The notes: a model not told the origin generated them from the letters alone. 32,000 nt of DNA from Ornithinibacter aureus (GCF_009858245.1 NZ_VMSB01000001.1:2453623-2485622); one strand, 5' to 3'; shown: positions 16,334 to 25,741, counted from the stretch's first letter. Numbers and translations: made by a program.

Positions 16334-16740
16334 TCGTCGACTCGTCCGCGTTGATCTCGATCCTCGAGGGTGAGAGCGGCTCGACGCGGGTGCTCGAAGC
16401 CCTGGCTGCCGCCTCGCCGGGGGCACTGATGTCGGCGGCCAGCTGGGTCGAGGCGGGAATCGTCGCGGACGCCCGCTCCCCGCGGCACGGGGAGCGCCTC
16501 GACCGGGTGATCGAGGAGCTGGGGATCGAGATCGTTCCCGTCACCACCCGCCAGGCCGCGGTGGCGCGACTGGCCTACCAGCGTTTCGGTCGCGGGTCGG
16601 GTTCACCTGCTCGCCTCAACTACGGCGACTGCTTCTCCTACGCCTTGTCCACGACGGAGGGTCGACCCCTGCTCTACGTCGGCAACGACTTCAGCCAGAC
16701 CGACGTCGCTGCGGCGCTGCGTGCAGACTGGTCGCCATGA
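16330..16740 (+). CDS. vapC: Type II toxin VapC (PIN-domain ribonuclease)
   Basis: MIVDSSALISIL (the conserved N-terminal Asp) and a C-terminal YGDCFSYAL acidic residue. 136 aa. Confidence 0.9.
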   Translation: MIVDSSALISILEGESGSTRVLEALAAASPGALMSAASWVEAGIVADARSPRHGERLDRVIEELGIEIVPVTTRQAAVARLAYQRFGRGSGSPARLNYGDCFSYALSTTEGRPLLYVGNDFSQTDVAAALRADWSP

Positions 16741-18260
16741 CGAAGGCCCCAGGCACATCCCCGGAATCCGTGCGTGGGCTGGGGCCGATGACGGCGGCTG
16801 CCTTGGTGTTCGGGTCGAGTGCAGCCGTGCTCGTCGTCGAGCTCGCGGCGCTGCGACTGCTCGCCCCCTACCTCGGCCTGACCCTCGAGACCAGCACCAT
16901 CGTCATCGGCATCGCCCTGGCCGCGATCGCCACGGGGTCGTGGGCCGGGGGCCGGGCCGCCGACATCATGCCGCCGCGTCGTGCCCTCGGCCCACTGTTG
17001 GCGATCTCCGGGGTGGCGGTGGCCGCGACCCCGTTCGTCGTGCGGGCTGCCGGTGAGACCGCAGGGTCGGGAGCGGCGCTGCTCATGGCGATCGTCGCGA
17101 TCCTCGTGCCGGGGGCCCTGCTCTCGGCCGTGTCCCCGATGGTGACCAAGCTCGTGCTCACCGACCTTGCCGAGACCGGCAGCGTCGTCGGCCGGCTGTC
17201 GGGCATCGGCACGGTTGGCGCCATCGCCGGGACGGTGCTCACCGGGTTCGTCTTCCTCGCGGCACTGCCGGTCAGCTCGGTGCTCGTCGCCACCGGGGTG
17301 CTGCTCGTGCTGGCGGCGGCCGCCGTCGAGGTGGCTGTTCGGGGTGCCCGGGCTGCCGTCGTGCCGCTCGTGCTGCTGGTGCCGGGGGCGCTCGGCGCGG
17401 CCTACGGGCCCGGCCGGTGCGAGGCCGAGACCGTCTACCACTGCGCGCAGGTGCAGGTGGACCCGGCGCGCGAGAGCGGTCGGGTGCTCGTGCTCGACAG
17501 CCTGCGCCACTCCTACGTCGACCTCGACGACCCGACGCACCTCGAGTTCCAGTACGTGCAGGCGCTCGCGGGTGTCGCGGACACGGCGTTCCCGGCCGGT
17601 GAGCCGCTGGACGCCTATCACCTCGGAGGCGGCGGGCTGACCTTTCCTCGCTACCTCGAGCGGGTGCGGCCCGGCACGGTCAGCGTGGTCTCCGAGATCG
17701 ACCGCGGTGTGCTGGAGATCGACGAGCGCGACCTCGGGCTGGTCACCGGCCCGGCGTTGGACGTGCGCATCGAGGACGCGCGGCTCGGGCTGCGCAGCCT
17801 CGACACCGACAGCCGCGACCTCGTGGTCGGCGACGCGTTCGGCGGCATCAGCGTGCCCTGGCACCTGACGACCCGCGAGGCCCTCACCGACGTCCGGCGC
17901 GTCGTGCGGCCCGGCGGCATCTACGCCGCCAACCTCATCGACTTCGCGCCGCTGTCCTTCGCCCGGGCCGAGCTCGCCACGATGCGAACGGTCTTCGAGC
18001 ACGTCGCGGTGGCCGCGGATGCCGCGACGCTGGGTCGCGAGGTCGGGTCCGGTGGCAACGTGGTCGCCATCGCCTCCGACGAGCCGCTCGACCTCGAGGC
18101 CCTGCGGTCCGGGTTCGCCGCCCAAGGGCTCGCGTGGGAGGTCGTCCAGGGCGATGAGCTGGACACCTGGATCGGGGACTCGCCGGTCCTGACCGACGAC
18201 TTCGCCCCGGTCGACCAGTTGCTGACCCCCTACCCGAGCGCCCGCCGCCCCGTGGCCTGA
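16737..18260 (+). CDS. Fused polytopic-membrane / spermidine-synthase-like methyltransferase-fold protein
   Basis: The N-terminal ~220 aa are hydrophobic helices. The C-terminal part has HLGGGGLTFPRYL, VSEIDRGVL, VVGDAFGG and RPGGIYAANL. The start overlaps the vapC stop (ATGA). Confidence 0.8.
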   Translation: MTKAPGTSPESVRGLGPMTAAALVFGSSAAVLVVELAALRLLAPYLGLTLETSTIVIGIALAAIATGSWAGGRAADIMPPRRALGPLLAISGVAVAATPFVVRAAGETAGSGAALLMAIVAILVPGALLSAVSPMVTKLVLTDLAETGSVVGRLSGIGTVGAIAGTVLTGFVFLAALPVSSVLVATGVLLVLAAAAVEVAVRGARAAVVPLVLLVPGALGAAYGPGRCEAETVYHCAQVQVDPARESGRVLVLDSLRHSYVDLDDPTHLEFQYVQALAGVADTAFPAGEPLDAYHLGGGGLTFPRYLERVRPGTVSVVSEIDRGVLEIDERDLGLVTGPALDVRIEDARLGLRSLDTDSRDLVVGDAFGGISVPWHLTTREALTDVRRVVRPGGIYAANLIDFAPLSFARAELATMRTVFEHVAVAADAATLGREVGSGGNVVAIASDEPLDLEALRSGFAAQGLAWEVVQGDELDTWIGDSPVLTDDFAPVDQLLTPYPSARRPVA

Positions 18261-18269
18261 CGCAGCACG

Positions 18270-19082
18270 TCAGGACAGTGGGTGGTCGAGCCGCTCCGGG
18301 CGGGTCAGCAGGTCGCGCACGATCGTCGTGACCTGACCGGCGTGGGCCCCGTCGACGATCCGGTGGTCGGCCGTCGCGACGAGCACGAGCACCGGCCGGG
18401 CGACGACCTCCCCGTCGACGACGACCGCCCGCTGCTGCACCGTGCCCACCGCGAGGTAGATCGGCGTGCGGGCCAGCGGCAGCGGTGCGAGGAAGGCCTC
18501 GTCGAGCCCGAGGGTGCCGACGTTGGAGACGAACGCCGTGCCGAGCGGGAAGCCGGGCTGGCCGACGAATCCCTTCCCGAAGCCACCGGCCACGACACCG
18601 GCCGCCGCCATCACCGGGCGCAGCGCCCACGCGGGGGCGATCTTCACCAGGCTCGACGTGCGCTTGTACGAGGTGTGGTCACCGCGGCGCAGCTTGCCGG
18701 CCCCGGCATCCAGCGCCTGGGCGATCTCCACGGGGCTGAGGCGATCGACGTCGTGCACCTTGATCGGCGCGAGGTCGGACCCGCGGCCGATGTCGACGGC
18801 GAACCCGATGTCACACCTCTCCAGTGGACGCAGCCGCCCGAAGACCACCCGCGCCCGCACCTCGGGCACCGCGCGCAGGGCCCGCCCGAGAGCCGCCCCG
18901 ACGACGTGCGTGATCGTGATCCGTTCGCCGGTCTCCTCCCGCACCCGCTCGATGTAGGCCAGGGCGGGCGTGACGTCGACCTCCGTGCGCGCGTAGATGC
19001 GTCCGTCGCGGGACGGGCGCCAGGTCGCCACGGCGATCTTGCGGCGCACCGGCACCCGGGGTGCGCTGTGGTGGCCGGTCAT
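18270..19082 (-). CDS. 2-oxo acid dehydrogenase acyltransferase catalytic-domain protein
   Basis: Catalytic motif ATADHRIVDGAHAG (DHRxxDG). Confidence 0.8.
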   Translation of the reverse strand: MTGHHSAPRVPVRRKIAVATWRPSRDGRIYARTEVDVTPALAYIERVREETGERITITHVVGAALGRALRAVPEVRARVVFGRLRPLERCDIGFAVDIGRGSDLAPIKVHDVDRLSPVEIAQALDAGAGKLRRGDHTSYKRTSSLVKIAPAWALRPVMAAAGVVAGGFGKGFVGQPGFPLGTAFVSNVGTLGLDEAFLAPLPLARTPIYLAVGTVQQRAVVVDGEVVARPVLVLVATADHRIVDGAHAGQVTTIVRDLLTRPERLDHPLS

Positions 19083-19861
19083 CGGATGCCGGTCAGGGCC
19101 AACCGCACGACGCTGCGGGGCGCGTGGGCGAGGGTTGCGAGCGGGGCCGCGCGGCGCGGCATCCGAAGCGTGGCCTGGTCGTCCTCGACGGCGGCGACGA
19201 CGGCGCGTGCCACGGCATCCGGGTCCAACATGGTCAGGGCGCGCAGGCCGAGCACCCGGTCGAACGCCGCTGCCGTGGGTGGGTGGCTCGCGATGCGGCT
19301 CATCATCTGTGAGGAGACCGGCCCGATCTCGACCGCGAGGGTGCCGATCGGGCCGCCGCGCAGGTCGGCGCGCAGGCCGGACGTGAAGTGCGTCAGCCCG
19401 GCCTTGGTCGCGCCGTAGGTGGCCAGGCCCGGGAAGGTGGCGACCCCGGCCAGCGAGGAGATGTTGACGAGGTGGCCGCGACCGCGCGCGGTCATGCCCG
19501 GCAGCACCTGGCGGCAGAGCTCGACGGGGGCGAGCAGGTTGAGGGCGAGCAGGTGCTCGAGGTCGTCGGCGGTGAGGTCGGTGAGGTGGCCGACGGTCTC
19601 GGTGCCGGCGTTGTTGACGAGAACGTCGACCGGGCCGTGGGCCTGCTCCACGTCGCGGATCAGGGAGCGCAGGGTGTCGCGGTCGGTGAGGTCGGCGGAC
19701 ACGGCGTGGGCGCCCAGGTCGGCGGCGAGGGCCTCGAGGGGCTGGGTGCTGCGGGCGACGAGCGTGAGGCGCGCCGCGGCATCCGAGAGGTGGGTGGCGA
19801 GGCGCCGCCCGATGTCACCGGTGGCTCCGGTGAGCAGGACGTGGGTGCCGGCAACTCGCAT
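19079..19861 (-). CDS. SDR family oxidoreductase
   Basis: ATG at 19861 gives MRVAGTHVLLTGATGDIGR (TGxxGxIG). NNAG and YGATK (YxxxK) motifs are present. The stop overlaps the downstream start (ATGA). Confidence 0.85.
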   Translation of the reverse strand: MRVAGTHVLLTGATGDIGRRLATHLSDAAARLTLVARSTQPLEALAADLGAHAVSADLTDRDTLRSLIRDVEQAHGPVDVLVNNAGTETVGHLTDLTADDLEHLLALNLLAPVELCRQVLPGMTARGRGHLVNISSLAGVATFPGLATYGATKAGLTHFTSGLRADLRGGPIGTLAVEIGPVSSQMMSRIASHPPTAAAFDRVLGLRALTMLDPDAVARAVVAAVEDDQATLRMPRRAAPLATLAHAPRSVVRLALTGIR

Positions 19862-20008
19862 CCGTCCAGTGTCGTGCACGGCGGGTCGGTGGCCACCATC
19901 GTGAGTGGCCTGGGGGTGGGGATGTCGAACCTTGGTCGGGCTGCGGCCCCGGGCGTTCCGGTGTGCGGAATGGCGGATGCACCGACTTGAGCCCGTCCGG
20001 AACAATAT

Positions 20009-20029
20009 GGTGAGGTAAGCCTCACCTTC
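20009..20029 (+). promoter_or_regulatory. IdeR/DtxR-type iron-box-like palindrome upstream of bfd-bfr
   Basis: TGAGGTAAGCCTCACCTTC matches about 14 of 19 positions of TTAGGTTAGSCTAACCTAA. The arms GGTGAGG/CCTCACC are palindromic. It lies 44 nt upstream of bfd. Confidence 0.4.
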
Positions 20030-20072
20030 ATCCCCTGGTGCCTCGTGCGCCCGGCCCGCGACAGGAGACGCC

Positions 20073-20279
20073 GTGATCGTCTGCCACTGCCACGTCGTCA
20101 ATGACGCGGCCATCGCGGCGGCCGTCGACGCCGGCGCCCGCACCCTCGGGCAGGTCTGCCGCTCGACCGGGGCGGGCAGTGACTGCGGCTCGTGTGTGTT
20201 CTCGGTGCGGCGCCTCGTGTGCGAGCATGTCTCGAGCCAGGTTCCCGAGAGTGTGGAGGCGCAGCATGCAGCCAGTTGA
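20073..20279 (+). CDS. bfd: Bacterioferritin-associated ferredoxin (BFD-like [2Fe-2S] protein)
   Basis: Cys pattern MIVCHCHVV...GSDCGSC. Confidence 0.8.
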   Translation: MIVCHCHVVNDAAIAAAVDAGARTLGQVCRSTGAGSDCGSCVFSVRRLVCEHVSSQVPESVEAQHAAS

Positions 20280-20748
20280 CCCCAAGATCGTCGACCACCT
20301 CAACGATGCGCTGACCTTCGAGCTGAGCGTCGTCAACACCTACTTCCTGCACGCGCGCATGCTCGACAGCTGGGGCTTCCCCAAGCTCGGCAAGGTCTTC
20401 TACGACCTGTCGATCGACGAGATGCGCGACGCCGACTCCCTCATCACCCGCATCCTGTTCTTCGAGGGTCACCCGAACATCCAGCGTCTGAACGCCCTGC
20501 GCGTCGGCGAGAACGCCGAGGAGATGCTGCGCCTCGCCCTCGAGAGCGAGTACGCCGCCGTCGCGCAGTTCAACGCCGCCGCGCAGGAGTGCCACGACCT
20601 CGGCGACCACGGCACGGCATCCCTGTTCGAGACGATGGTGCTCGACGAGGAGAAGCACGCCGACTGGTTCGAGGGTCAGATCGAGGCCATCGCACGCATC
20701 GGGCTGCCGCAGTACCTCGCCCAGCAGGTCGAGACCACCACTCCCTGA
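20266..20748 (+). CDS. bfr: Bacterioferritin
   Basis: PKIVDHLNDALTFELSVVNTYFLHARM, with ferroxidase Glu/His positions (DEMRDAD, ESEYAA, LDEEKHADW). 160 aa. Confidence 0.9.
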   Translation: MQPVDPKIVDHLNDALTFELSVVNTYFLHARMLDSWGFPKLGKVFYDLSIDEMRDADSLITRILFFEGHPNIQRLNALRVGENAEEMLRLALESEYAAVAQFNAAAQECHDLGDHGTASLFETMVLDEEKHADWFEGQIEAIARIGLPQYLAQQVETTTP

Positions 20749-20757
20749 CCCCGGCGG

Positions 20758-21390
20758 CTACGCCAGGAGGATGCCGTACCATCGCGCCCCGGGCGGGCCG
20801 GTCACGGGCCGGAACCCCAGCCGCTGGTAGAACCCGGGCGCTGCGGTGTTGCCGGGGTCGACGCCGAGGTGGATGCCGGGCACTCCTTCGCGAGACAGCT
20901 CGCCGACGACCTCGTCCATGATCCGGCGACCCCACCCCTGGCCCTTGAGCCGGGGAAGGAGGTCGACGTGAAGGTGGGCCGGGTGCTCCGCCAGCAGGGC
21001 GGCATCCGACCGGGGGGTCTCGTGGATCCGCTCGACGAGGGCCCGGTCGGCCTCGGTGGCGCCGCTGCCCAGCGGCAGGCGCTCACGCAGCGGCGGCAGC
21101 CAGACGGTGTCGAGCCAGTGCTCGAACGCCGCGGTGTCGGGGACGGCGAGGCAGTAGCCGGCGACGCCCTGGTCGTCGTGGATGACCCGGGTGACGGCCT
21201 CGGGAAAGGCGAGGTAGGGCCCGGCCCAGAGGTGTCCGAGGAGGTCGGGGTCGGCGTGGCGGGAGGTGGCGTCGCGACCGGCGTGGCCGGTGAGGCGGCA
21301 GACGCGGTAGACCCCGGGGAAGTCGTGCAGGGTGCCTTCGCGCATCGTCGTCACGGCATCCACGGTAGCGAGGCCTGCCGATCTCGTCAT
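20758..21390 (-). CDS. GNAT family N-acetyltransferase
   Basis: Acetyl-CoA loop LKGQGWGRRIM and C-terminal FYQRLGFRP. An alternative start lies at 21345. Confidence 0.75.
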   Translation of the reverse strand: MTRSAGLATVDAVTTMREGTLHDFPGVYRVCRLTGHAGRDATSRHADPDLLGHLWAGPYLAFPEAVTRVIHDDQGVAGYCLAVPDTAAFEHWLDTVWLPPLRERLPLGSGATEADRALVERIHETPRSDAALLAEHPAHLHVDLLPRLKGQGWGRRIMDEVVGELSREGVPGIHLGVDPGNTAAPGFYQRLGFRPVTGPPGARWYGILLA

Positions 21391-21441
21391 GATGTCGAGG
21401 CTGCCCGGTTAGCCTCGAGGCACCGCCCCTGACTGAAGGAG

Positions 21442-22035
21442 TTGTGCCCCGTGGCTGCCTCGACGGTCGTGAGGTGGGTCAAGGTGCTGGTGGCGCTCGT
21501 CGCCGTGGGGCTGATGCTGTTCGGGGTGGTCGCGATCCTTGTCGGGTTGCTCGGCCGACTCTCCACCGGCACAGGTGGACTGGTGCCGGACGGGCCTGCT
21601 CCGACCGCTTCCGTCGCGCCGGGTGACCCCGTGAAGGTGGTCTCGGTGCCCGACGGCGACACCATCGTCGTGCGGGTGGGTGAGGGCACCGAGAGGGTGC
21701 GGGTCATCGGCCTCGACACCCCCGAGATCGGCTCCGAGGAGTGCTTCGCCGTCGAGGCTGCCCGCGAGGCGCGGGCGCTGGTGCAGGGCAGGACCGTGCT
21801 GTTGTCGGCCGACCCGACGCAGGATGACCGCGACCGATACGGCAGGGTGCTGCGGCACCTGACGATGGCCGACGGTCGCAGCATGGCGCAGGTGCTCATC
21901 GCGGGTGGGTTCGGCCGCGAGTACACGTACGATCGGCCGTACGCCGGTCGGGCCGAGCACCGGTCGGCCCAAGCGGCTGCGCGCCAGGGCAGGCTGGGCA
22001 TCTGGGGCCCGGCCTGCGCGTCAGCAGAGTCGTGA
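21442..22035 (+). CDS. Thermonuclease (SNase-like) family protein with N-terminal TM anchor
   Basis: DGDTIVV...RVRVIGLDTPE...DRYGRVLRHL...GFGREY. The GTG at 21451 (AGGAG 9 nt upstream) is a more likely start than the TTG at 21442. Confidence 0.8.
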   Translation: MCPVAASTVVRWVKVLVALVAVGLMLFGVVAILVGLLGRLSTGTGGLVPDGPAPTASVAPGDPVKVVSVPDGDTIVVRVGEGTERVRVIGLDTPEIGSEECFAVEAAREARALVQGRTVLLSADPTQDDRDRYGRVLRHLTMADGRSMAQVLIAGGFGREYTYDRPYAGRAEHRSAQAAARQGRLGIWGPACASAES

Positions 22036-22074
22036 CATGCAGGGGGCGCGGTATGTCGCGCGTTCGGCATGTCA
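22033..22074. terminator. Hairpin between convergent genes
   Basis: TGACATGC...GCATGTCA forms an 8-bp stem around a GC-rich interior. There is no T tract. Confidence 0.3.
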
Positions 22075-22100
22075 GTGCTGGAACCCGGTGAGCTCGACCC

Positions 22101-25028
22101 TCAGGTGGGGCCCAGGCCGGTGACGGTCAGCACGAGTTCGCCTGCCTCGTCGGTGGCCGCCACGTCGAGCTCGGCAGTGATCCGCCAGTCGTGGTCGCCC
22201 TCGGGGTCGTCGAGGATCTGCTCCACCACCCACACCTGCGCATCCGAGTCGTCGATCCGCAGCAGGGCCGGCCCCCGAGCCTGCGGGCCGGTGCCGAAGT
22301 CGTCGTAGTCGTCGAGGTAGGCCTCGTGCGCAGCCGACCAGTCGTCCTCGCCGAGCTGCCCACCGAGGGCGGCCAGGGCGGCATACCGGCGCAGCGCCAG
22401 CAGCTCGACCCGGCGGAACATGCTCTGCCGCACCATGACTCGCAGTGCCCGAGGGTTCGCCGACAGTGCGCGGCCCTCGGTGGGGGTGCGCACCTCGGTG
22501 AGCGGGTCATCGCCGGGGTTGGCCAGGGCCTCCCACTCGTCGAGCAGGCTGGAGTCGGTGTGCCGCACGACCTCGCCGAGCCACTCGACGATGTCGTCGA
22601 GCTCCTCGGTGCGCGCCGACGTCGGCACGGTCGAGCGCAGCGCCCGGTACGCGTCGGTGAGGTAGCGCAGCACGACCCCCTCGGCCCGGAAGAGCTTGTG
22701 GTGCGCGATGAACTCGCCGAAGGTCATCGCCCGCTCGTGCATCTCGCGCACGACCGACTTCGGCGACAGGTCGCGCGGGTCGACCCACGGGTGCCGCTGC
22801 CGGTAGACGCGCAGCGCCCCCTCGAGCTCCTCGGCGAGCGGGCGCGGCCAGGTGACGTCGTCGAGGGCGTCCATCCGCTCCTCGTACTCCATGCCCTCGG
22901 CCTTCATCGCGCCGACCGCCTCGCCACGGGCCTCGAACCGCTGCGCCATGAGGACCGGGCGCGGGTCGTCGAGCGTGGCCTCGATGACGCTCACGACGTC
23001 GAGCGCGTAGCCGGGGGCATCGGGGTCGAACATCTCGAGGGTGGCCAGGGCGAACGCCGACAGCGGCTGGTTGAGCGCGAAGCCGTCGTGCAGGTCGAGC
23101 GCGACCTGGAAGGGCCCTTCGTCGTAGCTCCGCCCCTCGCCGCGGATGAACTGCTCGACCTTCCCCGCCGGCGGCCGCTCCTCGGTGGGCTCCTGCGGCG
23201 TCTCGTCAGCAGGGGTCGAAGGGGCATAAGGGGTGGGGGCGAGGTGGCCGGCGGCGGCGAGCAGTTCGCCGATCGGGCCGAGGTCACTCGCCAGGTCGGG
23301 CTGCGCTTCGCCCTCGTCCGGGATGCCGTCCGCACCAGTTGGGATGCCGTCGGCACCTCGCGCGCTGTCACCTTCCCCCGGCGTGGGGTGAGGCGAGAGC
23401 GGCTGCGGCGCAACGGCATCCGACGTCGTTGCCTCGACCTCGGCAGGGAGCCAGTCCTCGAGGGACGAGCCGTCGTCGGGCTCGACCACCCCGGCGCGCA
23501 GGAGCGAGGTCAGCACCTGCACCGCGCGCTCGACGAGGGCGTCGCGGCGGGCGGGCTCCTCGTGGTTGTCCAGGAGCAGGGTGTGCAGCGCGGCCTGCTG
23601 GCCCTCCCACTGGTCGAGCACGTTGAGCACCATCGCGTGGTTGACCCGCATCTTGGAGACCAACGGCTCCGGCGGTGCCATGACGAGGCGCTCGTAGGTG
23701 GACTCGGTGTGGGTGAGCGTGCCTTCCGGCGCCTTCTTGTGCACGACCTTGCGGCGCTTCTTCGCGTCGTCGCCTGCCTTGGCGAGCGCCTTGGCGTTGA
23801 GCACGACGTGTTCGGGGGCCTGCACGACGACGTAGCCGACAGTGTCGAACCCGGCCCGCCCCGCCCGGCCCGCGATCTGGTGGAACTCGCGGGCCCGCAG
23901 CACGCGCTGCTTGCGCCCGTCGTACTTGGTGAGCGAGGTGAGCAGCACCGTGCGGATCGGCACGTTGATCCCGACGCCGAGGGTGTCCGTGCCGCAGATG
24001 ACGGCCAGCAACCCTCGCTGGGCCAGGGTCTCGACGAGGCGGCGGTACTTGGGCAGCATCCCCGCGTGGTGGACGCCGATGCCGTGCAGCACGAGCCGGC
24101 GCAGCGCCTGGCCGAACCCCTTGCCGAACCGGAACCCGCCGACGGCCTCCTTGATGGCGGCCTTGCGGGCCGAGGAGACGATGTCGACGCTCATCAGCGC
24201 CTGCGCCTGCTCGACCGCTGACGCCTGGGTGAACGACACGACGTAGACCGGGCCGCGGTCGTCGCGCAGCAGCAGCTCGAGGGTCTCGTGGACGGGTGTG
24301 AGCACCCACTCGAACTCCAGCGGCACGGGGCGCTCGACCCCGGTGACGGCGATGGTCTCGCGGCCGGTGCGGCGGGTGAGGTCCTCCTCGAACGGGCGGG
24401 TGTCACCCAGCGTCGCCGACATGAGGAGGAACTGGGTGTCGGGCAGGAGCAGCAGCGGCACCTGCCACGCCCAGCCGCGGTCGGGCTCGGTGTAGAAGTG
24501 GAACTCGTCCATGACGACGAGGCCGATGTCGGCCAGTTCCCGGTCGCGCAGGGCGTGGTTGGCCAGGACCTCGGCCGTGGCGCAGATGATCGGGGCCCCG
24601 GGGTTGACGGCGGCATCGCCGGTGAGCATGCCGACCTGCTCGGCCCCGAAGATCGCCACGAGGGCGAAGAACTTCTCGCTGACCAGGGCCTTGATCGGCG
24701 CGGTGTACCAGCTGCGCTGCCCCTGCGCGAGGGCCTGTGCGTGCGCGGCCACGGCCACGAGCGACTTGCCCGAGCCGGTTGGGGTCGCGAGCACGACGTG
24801 GGCTCCGCCGGCCAGGGCCAGCACCGCCTCCTCCTGCGCGGGGTACAGGGTCAGGCCCTGGTCGCCGGCCCACTCGATGAAGACGTCGAAGGCGGCATCC
24901 GACGCGGAGGACCCGCTGGACCCCCCGCGCGCGGTGGAGCCGCTGGGCGCGGTGGCGCCGGTGGCCGCGGAGGGGGCCACGGCATCCGACGTCGTGCGGG
25001 CGCGGTTCAGCCGGTCGGTGAGGGTCAT
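22101..25028 (-). CDS. DEAD/DEAH-box (Ski2-like) helicase with C-terminal DUF3516-type region
   Basis: Motif I ATPTGSGKS, motif II MDEFH, motif III MSATL, motif VI QIAGRAGRAG. 975 aa. Confidence 0.9.
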   Translation of the reverse strand: MTLTDRLNRARTTSDAVAPSAATGATAPSGSTARGGSSGSSASDAAFDVFIEWAGDQGLTLYPAQEEAVLALAGGAHVVLATPTGSGKSLVAVAAHAQALAQGQRSWYTAPIKALVSEKFFALVAIFGAEQVGMLTGDAAVNPGAPIICATAEVLANHALRDRELADIGLVVMDEFHFYTEPDRGWAWQVPLLLLPDTQFLLMSATLGDTRPFEEDLTRRTGRETIAVTGVERPVPLEFEWVLTPVHETLELLLRDDRGPVYVVSFTQASAVEQAQALMSVDIVSSARKAAIKEAVGGFRFGKGFGQALRRLVLHGIGVHHAGMLPKYRRLVETLAQRGLLAVICGTDTLGVGINVPIRTVLLTSLTKYDGRKQRVLRAREFHQIAGRAGRAGFDTVGYVVVQAPEHVVLNAKALAKAGDDAKKRRKVVHKKAPEGTLTHTESTYERLVMAPPEPLVSKMRVNHAMVLNVLDQWEGQQAALHTLLLDNHEEPARRDALVERAVQVLTSLLRAGVVEPDDGSSLEDWLPAEVEATTSDAVAPQPLSPHPTPGEGDSARGADGIPTGADGIPDEGEAQPDLASDLGPIGELLAAAGHLAPTPYAPSTPADETPQEPTEERPPAGKVEQFIRGEGRSYDEGPFQVALDLHDGFALNQPLSAFALATLEMFDPDAPGYALDVVSVIEATLDDPRPVLMAQRFEARGEAVGAMKAEGMEYEERMDALDDVTWPRPLAEELEGALRVYRQRHPWVDPRDLSPKSVVREMHERAMTFGEFIAHHKLFRAEGVVLRYLTDAYRALRSTVPTSARTEELDDIVEWLGEVVRHTDSSLLDEWEALANPGDDPLTEVRTPTEGRALSANPRALRVMVRQSMFRRVELLALRRYAALAALGGQLGEDDWSAAHEAYLDDYDDFGTGPQARGPALLRIDDSDAQVWVVEQILDDPEGDHDWRITAELDVAATDEAGELVLTVTGLGPT

Positions 25029-25044
25029 CGCGCCCCAGTCTCCC

Positions 25045-25470
25045 TCAGTCGGGCTGGTGGTTGGTCTCCCAGGCGCGGCGGACGAGGTCGGTCAGCACCT
25101 CACGGTCGAGGGCCTCGAACTTCTTGACGTAGACGCAGCCCTTGCCGGTGGTGTGCGGCCCGAGGCGGTCGAGCAGGTCGGTGTTGCTGTCATAGAAGGT
25201 CAGCCCGTACAGGGTCAGCGCGGCCTTGCGGGGGGAGAGCCCGACGGCGAACCACTCGTGCTCCTTGCCGTCGGCCGTGCGGTACGGCTGGCGGCCGAAG
25301 CCGACCATCGTCGGCCCCCACATCCGCGGCTCGGCACCGGTCACCTCGCGGATGAGATCCAGGGCGTCGAGGGCGTCGGCTCGGCGGCGCGAGTCGGGCA
25401 CGGCATCCAGGAATGCCGTGACGTCGGCGTCCGAGGGGTGGGTCTTGCGATCACCGGGGTTCGCGTCCAT
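25045..25470 (-). CDS. DUF1801 (YdhG-like) domain protein
   Basis: ATG at 25470 gives MDANPGDRKTHPSDADVTAFLDAV...MWGPTMVGFG...CVYVKKFE. Confidence 0.75.
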   Translation of the reverse strand: MDANPGDRKTHPSDADVTAFLDAVPDSRRRADALDALDLIREVTGAEPRMWGPTMVGFGRQPYRTADGKEHEWFAVGLSPRKAALTLYGLTFYDSNTDLLDRLGPHTTGKGCVYVKKFEALDREVLTDLVRRAWETNHQPD

Positions 25471-25741
25471 CCCCGAATCATCAACTGGTCCGGCAGCCCC
25501 GTCCACCCTGCGGACGCCGTGGCGGCCGCCAGGGGTTCGCTGGGGAAGGTGCAGGTCCGCTGGGGAAATGAACTTCTGTCGACCTGAAGGTTCCGGCATC
25601 GGGCGGGAAGGTGGCCTTTTGTCGATAGGGCGGTTGCTTCGGTGGCCACGGGCCCGAGGCGGTGCTACGTTCACCGAGTCTCACCGCGGGATCGAGGTGT
25701 CGCGAGACGCGAGCGCCCCCCGCAGGACCGTTGGAGGACGA

